From Azolla caroliniana (taxonomy: Eukaryota > Plantae > Polypodiophyta): DNA of 64,000 nucleotides. A program made the translations under genes and the position numbers. How positions within the stretch are numbered: the stretch's first letter is position 1; each line of letters begins with the position of its first letter. Positions 1 through 12,592 of the stretch are shown here, one piece after another. The stretch spans positions 8,928,001-8,992,000 of the forward strand of contig JBHGNT010000016.1 in NCBI GenBank assembly GCA_043228905.1, read 5' to 3'. A model generated the notes under the pieces. The model ran no database searches. It saw nothing but the letters and a program-made list of their open reading frames with translations, and was not told the DNA's origin.

Positions 1-862
1 GTGGAGTGATGTGGTGCCATTGGTGTCCGCATGCTAGGCACATCCAATCCACCATACTCACTGTTGGGTGAGTGATCCGATTCGTTTCCATCTGAGTCTT
101 CGTACTCAAGCATTTTGGTCTTTCCTTTGTCTTGTTTTGGACTTGGCTGCGACGTGCTTTGGTCGCTCGGTGGCTCTTGTGCTCCACTCAATCTGGTTGA
201 GATCGAACTTCCCTTTGATGTGAGCCTTAGTTGATCATCCTCCTCTGAGTCGATTATTTTGAAATCAGTTTCGATTGGATCAGATGGAGTTGAGTCGAAT
301 GTGTACTAGGATACTGACTCATCAAATACGACATCCCTACTCACCCGCACCTTCTTGGTAGAGGGGTTCGCGCACTTATACCCCTTTTGTTTGAGCTTGT
401 ATCCCACGAGGATACATTTATCCATCTTACAATTGAGCTTCTGCTACATCTCACCAGGAATATGTACTAAGGTAATAGAACCGAATATTCTGATGTGGGA
501 TAAGTTCGGCTTCTTTCCATAGAAATTCTCATGGGGGGTAATATCGTGCAACGATTCATTAGATAGACAGCCGTGTTCGTTGCTTCAACCCAATATGATT
601 TTGGTAGATGTTTCTTGTTCATCATTGCCCTTGCCACCTCAAGTATATGCCGGTACTTTCGTTCGGCTACTCCATTTTGATGAGGTGTGTGTTGGCACTT
701 GGCAGGTGAACTCCCGCCAAATTCCTTCTTGTCGAAGGTATGTTGTGAAGGCATTGGAGAAATACTCCTTGCCGCCTTCCGATCGAAGGCATCAAACATG
801 CTGACTGGTTGCCTTTTCGACTTTGTTTTTGAATTTTTGGAAGTGTGCAGACACTTCCCTCT
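1..862 (-). mobile_element. Ty1/Copia fragment (integrase core and INT-RT linker), degenerate, no LTR
   Basis: Minus-strand translation shows HTPHQNGVAERKYRHILEVARAMM...YWVEATNTAVYLMNR (Copia integrase). It ends abruptly near 862 against Gypsy protease sequence. Confidence 0.85.
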
Positions 863-3800
863 TCCGCCAGACCATGGAAGAACAGGTGACGGGCATACCC
901 GGGGCGAGTGTCGCCACAAACTTGACAGACGTCAGCGATGGACCTCCGGTGGTGGATCAACACAACCTGGCTATTACAGTAATATTGCACGGACAGGAAG
1001 TTCCTGGATGCGTAATCGACGGCGGCTCAAGCGTCAATGCAATTAGCGCGAAAACTTGCGAGCAGTTAGGCATTTCCGAATGGGAGGCATGTCCATTCTG
1101 GCTCCGCATGGTAAATACCCGCTCAGTGCAACCGTTGGGGTTAATTCACAAAATAGGCATCATTGTGGGCGGACACCGCTTCGACATCTCGGCGGTCGTC
1201 CTCGCTTTGGACGCCCCAGGGGCGTACCCAGTGCTTCTGGGCAGACCATGGCTTCGGACAACAAATATCAAGCAGAGCTGACAACACGAGTGTATCAGTT
1301 TCCGGCATGGACGCACCAAGGTTCGCATACCTACGGAAGGCAGCACGCCACAACCTAAGGGTATAACACCGTTATACGCGGAGGATATAAATATGCTGGC
1401 TGGGGTGGAGGATGCAGAATTGGAGGCATACCTTGACGAACACCCTCGGATTATTCCGCTGTTTGAAATAGATGTCATTGCAACCGCGGTAGAATATGCC
1501 ACGACCACTGTTCCCCCCGACGAGCCTTACGAACCAAACCTAGAGTCCATATTGGAACTCAGCAGAGCACGAGCGGCATTCGAAAGGGAAATGGAGATTT
1601 CACGACGAGTCACCGCTTCCGCTCTCGAAGAAGTAAATGTGGGTACGGAATCGGAGCCCCGGTTCCTCTCCATCACAAAGGAATTAAGGCCGAACCAGAG
1701 AATCACGATGATCGCACTACTCACGGAATATAAAGATGTGTTCGCTTGGGCTCATGAGGACATGAAGGGGTTAGATCCCAAGTTCTATCAGCACAAGATC
1801 AATTTAGCAATTGACACGAAACTCGTCCAGCAGTGCCGCTACCGCATGAACCCCAACTACACGACCCGCGTGAGAGAAGAAATTGACAAGCTCCTGAAGG
1901 CGGGGTTCATACAACTAGTTAAACAAGCGACATGGCTAAGCCTAATAGTGGTCGTCCCAAAGAAAAACGGCAAAATACGGGTATGTGTAGATTACCGAAA
2001 ATTAAACGCCGTAACCATTACAGACGCATTTCCCTTACCCTTCACCAATAGCGTGTTGGACGCCGTCGCAGGCCATGAGATGTACAGTTTCTTATATGGC
2101 TTCAGTGGCTATAACCAGGTACGAATGCATCCCGAGGACCAGGAGAAGACGACGTTTGTCACGGACTGGGGAGTATATGTGGCAATCGTCATGATGTTCG
2201 GGCTAAAGACAGCGTCGGCAGCCTTTCAACGAATGATTACGGAGATATTTGGGGAATACATTCTGGCGTTCATGCAAGTTTTTCTAGACAACTTTGCGGT
2301 ATATGGGAGAACAATAGACCATTTTACGCACTTACGACTATGCATGGAACGTTGCGGCACCACACGCTTAAGCCTGAATCCCGCGAAATGTGCCTTTGGC
2401 GTGATCAACGGGTCTCTCCTAGGCCACATAGTCAGCAAGGAGGGAATAACGGTCGACCCAAATAAGATCTCTGCGATTATGCAAGCCAAAACTCTGACAA
2501 ACGCCAAATCACTTAGCCGGTTTTTAGGACAAATATGGTGGCATAGTCGGATGATACGGTATTTGGTGGACTTCGCCACGCCGCTACACGCTGCCGTACA
2601 TCAGACTCCTTTCCAATGGACTGCAACGGAGGATAAGGCCTATGAGGCACTTAAGATAATGATCACACAGGCTCCCGTCGTACAACCACCAGTTTGGGCG
2701 AAGCAATTCCACGTGTTCGTCGACGCCTCAGACATAGCAATAGGAAGCACACTAATGCAGCTCACCGAACCAAACTGGTACAGGCCAGTATACTACGCGA
2801 GTCGTAAATTGTCAACAACAGAGCGTAACTATTCCACAACAGAGCGGGAGGCGCTAGGGATGATCTATAACATCAATAAATTCCGACACTATTTATTAGG
2901 AAGGAAATTCACGTTCCACGTGGATCATTTGGCACTATTGTATTTGGTGGAGAAGCAAGCCCTGAAAGGGAAATTGGCGCGGTGGATGCTGCTGCTCCAG
3001 GAATTTGATTTCGTAATTCAGCACTGACCAGGGATGCAACACGCAGTGGCGGATTTTTTGAGCAGACTCGAGAATGGAGAAACAGTACAGAAAGACGACG
3101 ACGATTTTCCGGACACCGACATCTTGCGAGTAGCGACACTGGCAGAAAAAACGGAATCGACCTTTCTGGACCGGTGGCTTATGGAAATGACGTACTTTTT
3201 AACTACAGGACTGCCTCCACCACAATTACGCACGGACGAGAAGAAACGACTAGCCGTCCGAAGTTGTCATTTCTGCCTCGTCGAAGGCGTTTTATATCAC
3301 AATGGAAGTGACATCATTTGGCGACGTGGGGTCCGTCAGGATGAGAAGGAAGCAGTTTTACGGGAGGCACACTGCGGCACGACAGACAGCCATTACGCGG
3401 GCGACGTGAGAGCTCGGAAAGTATGGCAGGCGGGCTTGTGGTGGCCAACAACGCAAAAGGATGCATCCGAGTATTGTAGAAAGTGTGATTTGTGTCAACG
3501 GATGGGTTAGCCCACGGAGGACGCAAGGATGCCACACCAGCCCGTATTACCGCTAGACCCCTTCCAAAAGTGGGGTTTGGATTTTGTAGGGCCCTTCACA
3601 CCAGCGGCGGCCCGTACGGGCAATAAATACATATTGGTAGCCACGGATTACTGCACCAAATGGGTAGAAGCAAAGGCACTACGTGAAAATACGACGGCCG
3701 TCACAGCCAGGGTTCGGGAACTAACACATCATTATGCCGTAGTCCATAAGAAGAGCACGCCATATTATCCACAAGTGAATGGATTAGCAGAATCCACCAA

Positions 3801-4401
3801 CAAGACATTACAGACCATTTTGAAGAAAACCGTCAATGAAAATAGAACGGAATGAGATACCAAACTACAGAGTGCGTTATGGGCGTACAGAACCAACTAC
3901 AAAACAAGCATACAGTCAACACCGTTCTGACTAGCATTTGGACTGGAGGCTGTGATGCCGGTCGAATTTCAGGTCCCTAGTTTGCGCATTCAGGTACGGA
4001 ACCTATTATTAGAAGCCAAGTCGGAGGAGGTACGGCTCTACCAACTCCTTGAACTAGGGGAAAAACGCGTCCACAGCATGGCTGTGTTGGAACAGGGTCA
4101 TCGACGGCGTAAAACGTTTGTGGATCGACATTGGAACGCAAGGGAAAAGGAGTTCGCCGTGGGTCGGGCGGTGCTAGTTTTTCAAACGCGCATGGGCCAT
4201 ATGCTGGGAAAGTTACGTTTCCGCTGGACCGGCCCATACTAGATAATTGGAGCGGAACAAGGCACGTTCCAACTAGGTACGCTGGCTGGAGAAGTAGTAC
4301 GGCAAAAGGTGAATGGGTTTCGGCTCAAACCTTACCTGGGCCCGACGCCACCTAACCCATTCACCGCCGAACGGGATAGAACCGGAGAATCCGCAGCGTA
4401 A
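863..4401 (+). pseudogene. pol pseudogene (protease, RT, RNase H, integrase) of Athila-like 1
   Basis: ORFs 823-1281, 1393-3027, 3034-3510, 3529-3855 and 3952-4242 share one frame and are broken by single stops; an in-frame deletion lies in the integrase core; final stop at 4399-4401. Confidence 0.9.
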
Positions 4402-4730
4402 AATGGACAGCCCCACTTGTACTATAATGTAAAAATAGGTTGTAAATAATCGTTACGAAAAAAAAAAGAAAAAAAGGAGAAGATAGCGACTATTAAAACG
4501 ACTAAAGGCATGCACAAACTCCTAGTTCAAGAACATGCGGCACCACGATGGCTCACCGCCCAATGAACCCTAAGCCACAAAAAGAAGGAAACAGAAGATT
4601 TTCTGCACACAACAGAAACCCATCTTCTAGCTATCAGCGCTCCCATCGCTCCTCCCCCTCACCTTCTCCCCCATCCTATCACAGAGCTCCAACTCACCGC
4701 AACCACCCGTCTCCTCCCTAGGAACCTACT

Positions 4731-5400
4731 TTGGCGATGCCGATCTTCATCTCTACTGCCCTACGCCGATGGCTCGTGGAGAAACGCCTGGATGGTTACA
4801 TCTGGGTCGCAGAAGCACCTCCGCACCCGGATACCATGGACATCGCCAGGAAGCTTAACATCAACACGGTCACCAACTCTTCCATCCGGAAGAAGTTGGA
4901 CCTATCCTCACTAGGCGAAAGACATTTCAAAATACCTCCTGCAGAGGCACTGCAACGGTATTTTGGTCCATATTCCTCCTTCGCCAAGGCCTATAGAACG
5001 AAGCAGATTCCGGATCCCTTGTTCCATGAAGTTGCCAAGTTCCTGCTAGAAGTTGGCTGCGTACATGTCAACGCATATGGGATGCCTAAGCAGAAGACGG
5101 GCATCATTATCGATACCTTTGAAGGGTGGGCCGTCGACTGGAGGGTCATCATAGGGCTAGCGTTAAGGGAAGGCTTGCATGCGTATCAAGCAGGCAAAAA
5201 GCTCAGGCTGATCATCCAACAATATCTTACGGTACTATTTCCACCCTGAGGCCTGCCGGCACCGCAGCCTAGCCAACCCACTGCCCCACCCCGATCCGCG
5301 AAACACAGGTTAGCGGAGTTATCGGCCCCAGAGTGGGAAGAGGAACCCCAACCCGCCCAGCCAGATCCAAGGACAACACCTCCTTCTGACAAACCGGACA
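4731..5400 (+). pseudogene. Extra 3' ORF (ORF3) of Athila-like 1, function unknown, truncated
   Basis: The 172-aa ORF 4731-5249 continues in frame past a TGA. It aligns by eye with the ORF3 of Athila-like 2 (W-L-x-x-x-R-L-x-G, PPH, L-x-R-Y-F-G-x-Y, Y-R-T, E-G-x-x-V-D-W). Confidence 0.7.
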
Positions 5401-5874
5401 CACCTTGCCGTCTTTGCCTCTGACGATCTTGATCGCCGCACACAACCCGTCTGCAATCAATACTGACCAATCCACCTTGATCCCTTCATAGGTGGCGATG
5501 ATCATCCCTGCCCGGTTCTGCGGCATGATAGGGGGTCTGGGGTATACGTGGCCGTATTCATGGAGCACACGAGCAATTTCGCGGAACAGCATATCTCCGC
5601 CGTCCTGTGTTCGGTAGCCCTTGCTGGCTAGAGAGTACTCACCAAAATACCTGATGAGTTGCTCCGGGGTTGGATTGTCGATCGTGAGTATGCCTCCTTC
5701 CGGAAGGCCTGTTAACGCTCGAATCGCCTCTGCCGTTATGACCTCTGTATCGATTTCCTTGATCACTTTGTCGGCTTCTTTGTGTGGCGGTACTTCCATC
5801 ATCATCAGGAAGCCCTCGAGCCTGTGTTGCTTCAGCCATGTCTTGGCGGCTTTAGACAGCGTTTGCGGGTCCAT
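5400..5874 (-). pseudogene. Extra 3' ORF (ORF3) of Athila-like 2, truncated at the tail-to-tail junction
   Basis: Within ORF 5269-6069: MDPQTLSKAAKTWLKQHRLEGF...RYFGEYS...YEGIKVDW. Homologous to 4731-5249(+). Confidence 0.7.
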
Positions 5875-6239
5875 TTCTGTGTCGGGGTCGGACTGCGGTG
5901 GCGAGGATGGATGGTGATGAGAGCGGGGTTGAGAAAGAGAGAGTTTAGAAGGCGGGGGTTCTCTGTGCACAGGTTCTCTTCTGATAATCTTGCAGCGTTT
6001 CGGTGCTTCTGTGCTCCTAGGTTCGCGAAAATAGAGGGTCTCTACGCGCAATGGTTTTTGTCTGTGCATTCAGGTGCCTTTTTCGAGTTTGTGCATGTCG
6101 CGTACTTAAAATAGCATTATGTCCTGTGGTGGCGCTTTAAATGCCCACTCCGTACCTTTTCGCTCCACGCTCTTTCATCCATTCATTCCTCGCTTTTGCA
6201 TGATTGTTTTTTTTTTTTCCAGTTATTATTAGTGTGACG

Positions 6240-9200
6240 TCACATGTCCGTTGGTCCTCCCGGACCCTTACTGGCCACATTCTCTCCGGTTACCGGCTTG
6301 CCGTCTCTCCCGTCTTCGTGGTTGCCGTCGGTCCTTTTCTCAAACGGGTTCTTAGGCATCGGTTCTCTATATGCCTTTAACCGGAATCCATTCACCCATT
6401 TGCCCAACACTTCGCCGGCAAGTGTCCCCAACTAGTAGGACCCATTATACTCCCGTGTTAGCCAATATGGTCCGGTCCATCTAAACCTTAGTTTACCCGG
6501 CATCTTGCCCATTCGGGTTTGGAATACTAGCACTGGTTTGCCAATTGCGAACATTTTTTCGTTACATTTCCTGTGCCGGTCGACGAATGCTTTCTGTCGC
6601 CGTTGCTCTAATTCTAAATGTAGGATGCTGGCCAACCGTTGTTCCTCCAGCTCACACAGCGCAGTCAACCTTATTGTCTCCGACTCCTTCTCGTTTAGCC
6701 ATTCTCGTAGCTGAATCCGTAAGCTAGGTACTTGAAATTCTACCGGCATGACCGCCTCGAGTCCGAACGCCAACCGGAACGGTGTTGTTCGGATGCTCGT
6801 TTTGTATGCCGTCCGGTATGCCCAAAGCGCGCTATGTAGCTTTGTGTCCCAATCCGTCCGGTTCTCGTTGACGATCTTCCGAAGGATGTTTTGGAGCGTC
6901 TTGTTTGTTGATTCCGTTAATCCGTTCGCCTGTGGATAGTAAGGTGTGCTTCGTTTGTGGACCACGGCATAGAAGGTCGTTAGGCTTTCCACCACTTGTC
7001 CGAGAAAGTGCCCCCCTTGGTCACTTATCAATTCAATGGGGCATCTGTAACGGCACCAGATGTACTCATATAGAAACTTTGCCGTTGACGCAACGGTGTT
7101 ATCCCGTAAAGCTTTGGCCTCCACCCATTTCGTGCAGTAATCCGTAGCAACGATAACGTACCGATTACCCGTTCTCATTGCCGGTGGCTTGAACGGTCCT
7201 ACAAAGTCCAGCCCCCACTTTTGGAATGGCTCGAGTGGTAGTACCGGCTGGTGTGGCATACGAGCCTGCTCCGTTGGCTAGCCCATTCTCTGGCATAGGT
7301 CACATTCTTTTGCGTACCGTACCGCATCTCTTAATGTCGTTGGCCACCATAGGCCACTTTGCCATATTTTTCTGGCTGTCGCATCTCCGGCATAGTGACC
7401 TCCGGCAACTCCGCAGTGGGCTTCCCTCAGTATTAGTTCCTTTTCATCGCTGCGCACCGCCCGTCTCCATATGCCGTCAGCTCCCTTGTGGTACAGTGTG
7501 TCCTGCAGTAAGCAGAAATGTCGGCTTTGTACCGCCAGGCGTTTCCGTTCGTCCCTGTTCAGCTCTTCCGGAGGTAGTCCTGTGCTCAGAAACTGGTGCA
7601 TATTTGTGAGCCACTTGTCTTCCTGGGCCACTGTCTCATCTGCTGCCGTCTCCGTAGTGACTCGAAACAGCTCCGCATCCGGAAACTCATCCGGTACTCC
7701 GTCACCCGTCTCTCCGGACTCCAATCGGCTTAAGTAATCCGCTACGGCATGTTGTATACCGGGTCGGTGGAATATTTCAAACTCGAACTCCTGTAACAGT
7801 AAGGTCCACCGGGCCAATTTGCCGGTGAGTGACGTCTTGGACACTAGGTAAAGGAGTGCCGAATGATCTACATGGAAGGAAAACTTCCTTCCCAATAAAT
7901 AATGCCGAAACTTTGTCACACTGTAGATCATTCCTAGAGCTTCTCGTTCCGTAGTAGAGTAGTTCCGTTCTGCTTGGGATAGCTTCCGGCTGGCATAGTA
8001 CACTGGCCGGTACCACTTTGGTTCCGTAAGCTGCATCAGTACGCTCCCGATTGCGATGTCGGAGGCGTCCACGAACACGTGAAATTCTTTACTCCAATCT
8101 GGAGGTTGTACTACTGGTGCCTGCGACAATAGTACCTTGAGGGCCTTATACGCCCTATCCTCAGTATCGGTCCACTGGAATGGTGTTCGATGTACGACGA
8201 CATGTAACGGTGTAGCCAGGTCGGCCAAGTATCGGAGCATCCGGCTGTGCCACCGGATTTGGCCTAAGAACCGGCTCAATGCCTTTGCCGTTGCCGGCGC
8301 CGGTGCTTCTAATATGGCTTTCACTTTGTCCGGGTCGACTGCTATACCTTCCTGGCTTACGATATGTCCAAATAAAGTTCCACTGGACACGCCAAATACA
8401 CACTTTGCCGGATTTAAACTTAGCCGGTACGCTCTACACTTTTCTAGACAAAGACGGAGGTGCTGAAAATGGTCCTCCTCCCGGCTATAGACGGCGAAAT
8501 CGTCAAGGAAAACCTGCATAAAAGCCGGTATATATTCACCAAAGATTTCCATGATGATTCTTTGAAACGTTGCCGGTGCTGTTTTGAGTCCGAACATCAT
8601 CACCACGGCCACAAACACCCCCCATTCGGTGACGAATGCCGTTTTCTCTTGGTCGTCGGGGTGCATCCGGATCTGATTATATCCACTGAATCCGTCTAGG
8701 AAGCTATAGACCTCATGGCCGGCGACGGCATCCAACACTCCATCTGTGAACGGAAGTGGAAATGCATCCGTTACCGTAGCCGCATTGAGTTTCCGGTAGT
8801 CCACGCAAACTCGAATTTTTCCGTTCTTCTTCGGTACGACTACGATCGGGCTCAGCCATGTCGCTTTCTTTACCGGACGGATAAAGCCAACTCTTAGCAG
8901 TTTGTCGATTTCTTCCTTGACCTTGGCAGCATAATTGGGATTCATTCGGTACCGTCTTTGTGCCACTGGTTTTGCGTCTTTGCTGAAGTGCACTTGATGC
9001 TGGTATAACTGAGGGTCGAGTCCTCGCATATCTTCGTATGACCAGGCGAACACATCCCGGAACTCCGTGAGAAGTGTTATCATCGCCATTTTGTCTTCTG
9101 ACTTCATCTCCTTGGCGATGTGCACCGGTTTTGCTGCATCCGTGGTGCCTAAATTCACCTCTTCCAGTTGCGATGCTTTGACGCGCTGTGAAACGGCCAT

Positions 9201-9527
9201 TTCCCGTTCCAATGCTTCCTACGCTTGCCGTAACTCCCGAATTGCGTCTTTATCCGGTTCTGCTTCCGCCTCTTCCGGTTGCGGTAAATACGGTGCTACG
9301 GCTTCAGCAATGTCAATTTCGAAGAGGGGTATGATCTTCGGGTTTTCCTGCAGGTATTGAGCTTCTTCTTCGTCCGCTAACCCTTCGAGCATGTTGACGC
9401 ATTCCGCATACAACGGTGTACATTCCTTGCCAGTGCTCGTCCTTGGCTGTGTTGGTACCCGTACCTTGGCTTTTCCTCGCCGGCAGGTAATTATATTTTT
9501 CCGCCAATTCTGTTTGATATGTGCCGT
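6240..9527 (-). pseudogene. pol (protease C-term, RT, RNase H, integrase) of Athila-like 2
   Basis: ORFs 7278-9212 (FLDGFSGYNQI, FLDD, DAS, YASRKL), 6432-7259 ([17 protein letters not shown]) and 6240-6431 are in one frame, separated by TAG stops. Confidence 0.9.
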
Positions 9528-10266
9528 TGTCGTGAAGAATGTGCTTCACGATATAAAAATGAGCTTAAATGTTGTATTTAATAATATTTAAGAGACTTGA
9601 ACCCACATCCTTATATACGATGTACAATGTACATACCACTAGGCTAGGCTATTTATTTGTAAAAGTGTATAATAAATGTGCTTCATGATATAAGAATGAA
9701 GCTATATATTGTATTAAGTAAAATTGAGGGACTTGAACCCTCAACCTTGTATATCAAGCACAAACCATACACCACTAAGCTAGGTTATTTGTTTTAAGGT
9801 TATATCCATCATTATACTTATCCCAATACATGGGAGCTCAAATGAGCATGATGGCTATCATGTATCACATGCAATGCATGTGCGCCAAATGGCGATCATG
9901 CATCAGATGTAACTCATGCATTACATGCATGACATTACCATATGCATGGAAATACTTATAAAAAGAGAGGAAAGGAAAACAAAAGGGAATCAAGGAATCA
10001 AGAGAGAGTAAAAAAATAATACAATCAATTGAAGAAGACTAGCTCATTGGGTGGAGAACCTCTCGTTTCGAAGTTGAGGTCGAGGGTTCAAATCAAGGGT
10101 CGGTATTGAAAAGATTCATCTTGCGATCAAGGATTGTAAAGTTGGTAAAATATTATATTTTTAATATACATCATGTTTATATCATATACTCTTGTTCTTT
10201 GAATCATACTTTGTCTCAATCTTCTTTCTTGAATCATACATTGTCTCTATCTTTTATCTATGCTCG

Positions 10267-10310
<44 letters not shown>

Positions 10311-10447
10311 ATTACTTGTAACTCTTCATCTTACTATCCTTAACCATTCTATCATCACCATACAAGCCTTATTAAACTTAAGTTTCTTCAACTCCCCTTA
10401 ACTTTAGTCCCCGCGACTTCGCCGCACGAACCACAACTACCCCGACA
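9528..10447 (+). repeat. Phygy-1 5' LTR (920 bp)
   Basis: Near-identical direct repeat of 16049-16998; TG...CA ends. Confidence 0.95.
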
Positions 10448-10451
10448 CATT

Positions 10452-10469
10452 TGGTGAACCCGACGTGAA
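10452..10469 (+). promoter_or_regulatory. Primer-binding site complementary to the 3' end of tRNA-Trp
   Basis: TGGTGAACCCGACGTGAA, 4 nt after the LTR. It is the reverse complement of the plant cytosolic tRNA-Trp 3' end ...TTCACGTCGGGTTCACCA (recalled sequence). Confidence 0.85.
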
Positions 10470-10486
10470 GGCAGCGACAAGGAGAA

Positions 10487-12592
10487 ATGGAGGAGCAAAT
10501 GAGGCTTATGTGTACGATGGTGGAACGAATGATGCGGGAACAAGGGATGATGGCAAGCATCGACAAAGCCGTCGACAATATTCTCGCACGAGTAGGAATC
10601 TTCGAAGGTATAAATTTAACAAGATTTCTGAAGATTTATAATGAAGAAATGCTTAAACGCGGTGTCGACGAAGCTGCAAAAATTAATAGCTTTAGTCGAG
10701 TCGCTGCGATTGGGCTACAAGAAAGGATCCAGGAGCTACAGAGGGAACATCAGACATGGGTGACTTTTGAAAGAGCATTGCTAAATGAATACAACCTCAA
10801 CGATATGTCAAGGATGACAAGGCGAGCCTTCATGGATTGGGTAGAGTCTAATAAACATTTAAGTGTTTTGGAAGTATTAAAAGAGTTTTCGGAAAGATTT
10901 GAGCAACTAAATGTTAGAGATAGAAATATAATAGTGCCAGATAAAGTAATATTGTTTCTACAAGCTACTAATATTAAAGACAGGAAGGACTTGGGAATGC
11001 TTTTAGAAGATCAAAATAGTCCAAGTGGACTTACTGAAGATTGGGAGGAGGTGAAAAGGGCCTGCGCCCATTTCTGCAAAAGAAAGTTATGGTTTATGGA
11101 GTTGCCCGATAGAAATGATGAAGAAACGGGGAACGAGTCAGGAGAAAAGAAAGTAGAAGAATCACTCTTACACGAATTGGTGAAAGGCATGAAAGACTTG
11201 TCGATCAAAGTGACGAAGCTAGAATCGGGACAAAGCTCGACTTCATCAAGGCAGGGAGGTGGAATGGTCCGAAGGTGTATGTGGTGTGATAGTATCGACC
11301 ACCAGAAGAAAGATTGTCAAGAGCATAGGGATGCTCTTAATCATAATAAAATCTACTATCAAGATGGCAAGATTCACTCAACTGAGACTCGACAACCACT
11401 TCAACTCAACTTCGGGCGAGGAGGAATGAAAAGGTTAATGGAAGATGCCGAGAGAGAAACGACTCAAGCGATACAATCCGTGGCAACCTTAGGATTGCGC
11501 GTAGAAGACTCATATGGTGGATCTGGCTTTTGGCAAGATGTGATGGATTATGCAAGAAAAGGGAAGGTTCGAGTGGATGAATTAAAAAGAGCGGGAGATG
11601 AAATACGAAACTTCACTGGATGGAATGATCCAGTAGACGCGCTATCAGCATTCGCCCAAGTGAATGCACAAGATGTGCTAGTGGAAGAGAAGCGGAAGAG
11701 AGCTGAGGAAGCTGATCCGACAAAGAGACATGAGACACGAGAACAAAAGAGAAGGGAGATGGAAAAGGGTGCTATTGAGCCGAAGGAAGCTGATAAAGTA
11801 AAAGGAAAGACAGGCCCATCTTTCAAGCTTGCCTCAGACATAGAAACAACGACGGATATAAAAAAGGTACTAGAAACAAGAATATTAAATAGTAAGGTAG
11901 AATTTACTTTAAGAGAAGTGTTGGGTATAGCAAAGAAAGAATTTCATGAAGTTATCATAGATATTATTAGAAGGAAGAGACAGGTGACGGAGGAAATTAC
12001 GGGAGGGTGTGCAACAACACTCCAAGATTTGTATGGTGGCACCATCAATGCTGCAAGTGTAAAAAACCAGAATGATGTTGGCGTCCATGAAGGGGATAGG
12101 AGTCACTATACAAGGGACCATTGGGCTCGAGCAACAACGGAGGCACCTGCAAAAATTGGGGAGCAGCAAATTCCATGTATTGCTTTGATCGATCATGGAT
12201 CAGAGATTAACATGATGTCATCAGAATTTTACGCTCGAGGACGATGGCCGATTGACAAGAATCATGGGTGGAAAATAAGAGCTGCCACAGAAACTACGGA
12301 GGATCTATTCGGAGCATGTCCTAGTGTGAAGGTAACAATTGGTGATGTCTCGGTGAATCAAAATTTCTTTGTGCAGGATCGATCAACCTACCCCGTCATC
12401 CTTGGCCAGCCCTACATCACCGCAGTGAGGATGGAAACAAAGGTTATTGATGATGGTTCGGCTTTCGCGAGAATCAAGAGTCAAGATGGAAGAAAGACTG
12501 TCCAATTCTTAACCGTGAGGCCCAACCATGAAAGAAACAAAGAATGCTTGAGGGAACATCCAATTCAAGAGATGGATGAAGAGTTTTCCTAG
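10487..12592 (+). CDS. gag: Gag-protease polyprotein of Phygy-1
   Basis: 701-aa ORF with zinc knuckle CMWCDSIDHQKKDC and protease ALIDHGSEIN...VILGQP. Confidence 0.9.
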   Translation: MEEQMRLMCTMVERMMREQGMMASIDKAVDNILARVGIFEGINLTRFLKIYNEEMLKRGVDEAAKINSFSRVAAIGLQERIQELQREHQTWVTFERALLNEYNLNDMSRMTRRAFMDWVESNKHLSVLEVLKEFSERFEQLNVRDRNIIVPDKVILFLQATNIKDRKDLGMLLEDQNSPSGLTEDWEEVKRACAHFCKRKLWFMELPDRNDEETGNESGEKKVEESLLHELVKGMKDLSIKVTKLESGQSSTSSRQGGGMVRRCMWCDSIDHQKKDCQEHRDALNHNKIYYQDGKIHSTETRQPLQLNFGRGGMKRLMEDAERETTQAIQSVATLGLRVEDSYGGSGFWQDVMDYARKGKVRVDELKRAGDEIRNFTGWNDPVDALSAFAQVNAQDVLVEEKRKRAEEADPTKRHETREQKRREMEKGAIEPKEADKVKGKTGPSFKLASDIETTTDIKKVLETRILNSKVEFTLREVLGIAKKEFHEVIIDIIRRKRQVTEEITGGCATTLQDLYGGTINAASVKNQNDVGVHEGDRSHYTRDHWARATTEAPAKIGEQQIPCIALIDHGSEINMMSSEFYARGRWPIDKNHGWKIRAATETTEDLFGACPSVKVTIGDVSVNQNFFVQDRSTYPVILGQPYITAVRMETKVIDDGSAFARIKSQDGRKTVQFLTVRPNHERNKECLREHPIQEMDEEFS

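Larger units (their letters stand above)
863..5400 (+). mobile_element. Athila-like Ty3/Gypsy fragment 1 (PR-RT-RH-INT plus extra 3' ORF), both ends deleted
   Basis: PR IDGGSSVN...LLGRPWL; RT RVCVDYRKLN, FSGYNQ, FLDNF; RNase H DAS...YASRKL...E; [22 protein letters not shown] order, with no chromodomain or second RNase H. Boundaries are approximate. Confidence 0.8.

Noticed and set aside
5269-5470. Genuine overlapping bidirectional genes
   Set aside because: The overlap is read-through across the deletion junction of two oppositely oriented elements.
10036-10104. tRNA gene in the Phygy-1 LTR
   Set aside because: A and B boxes are present, but I could not form a convincing acceptor stem or 7-nt anticodon loop; it is reported only as a tRNA-like module.
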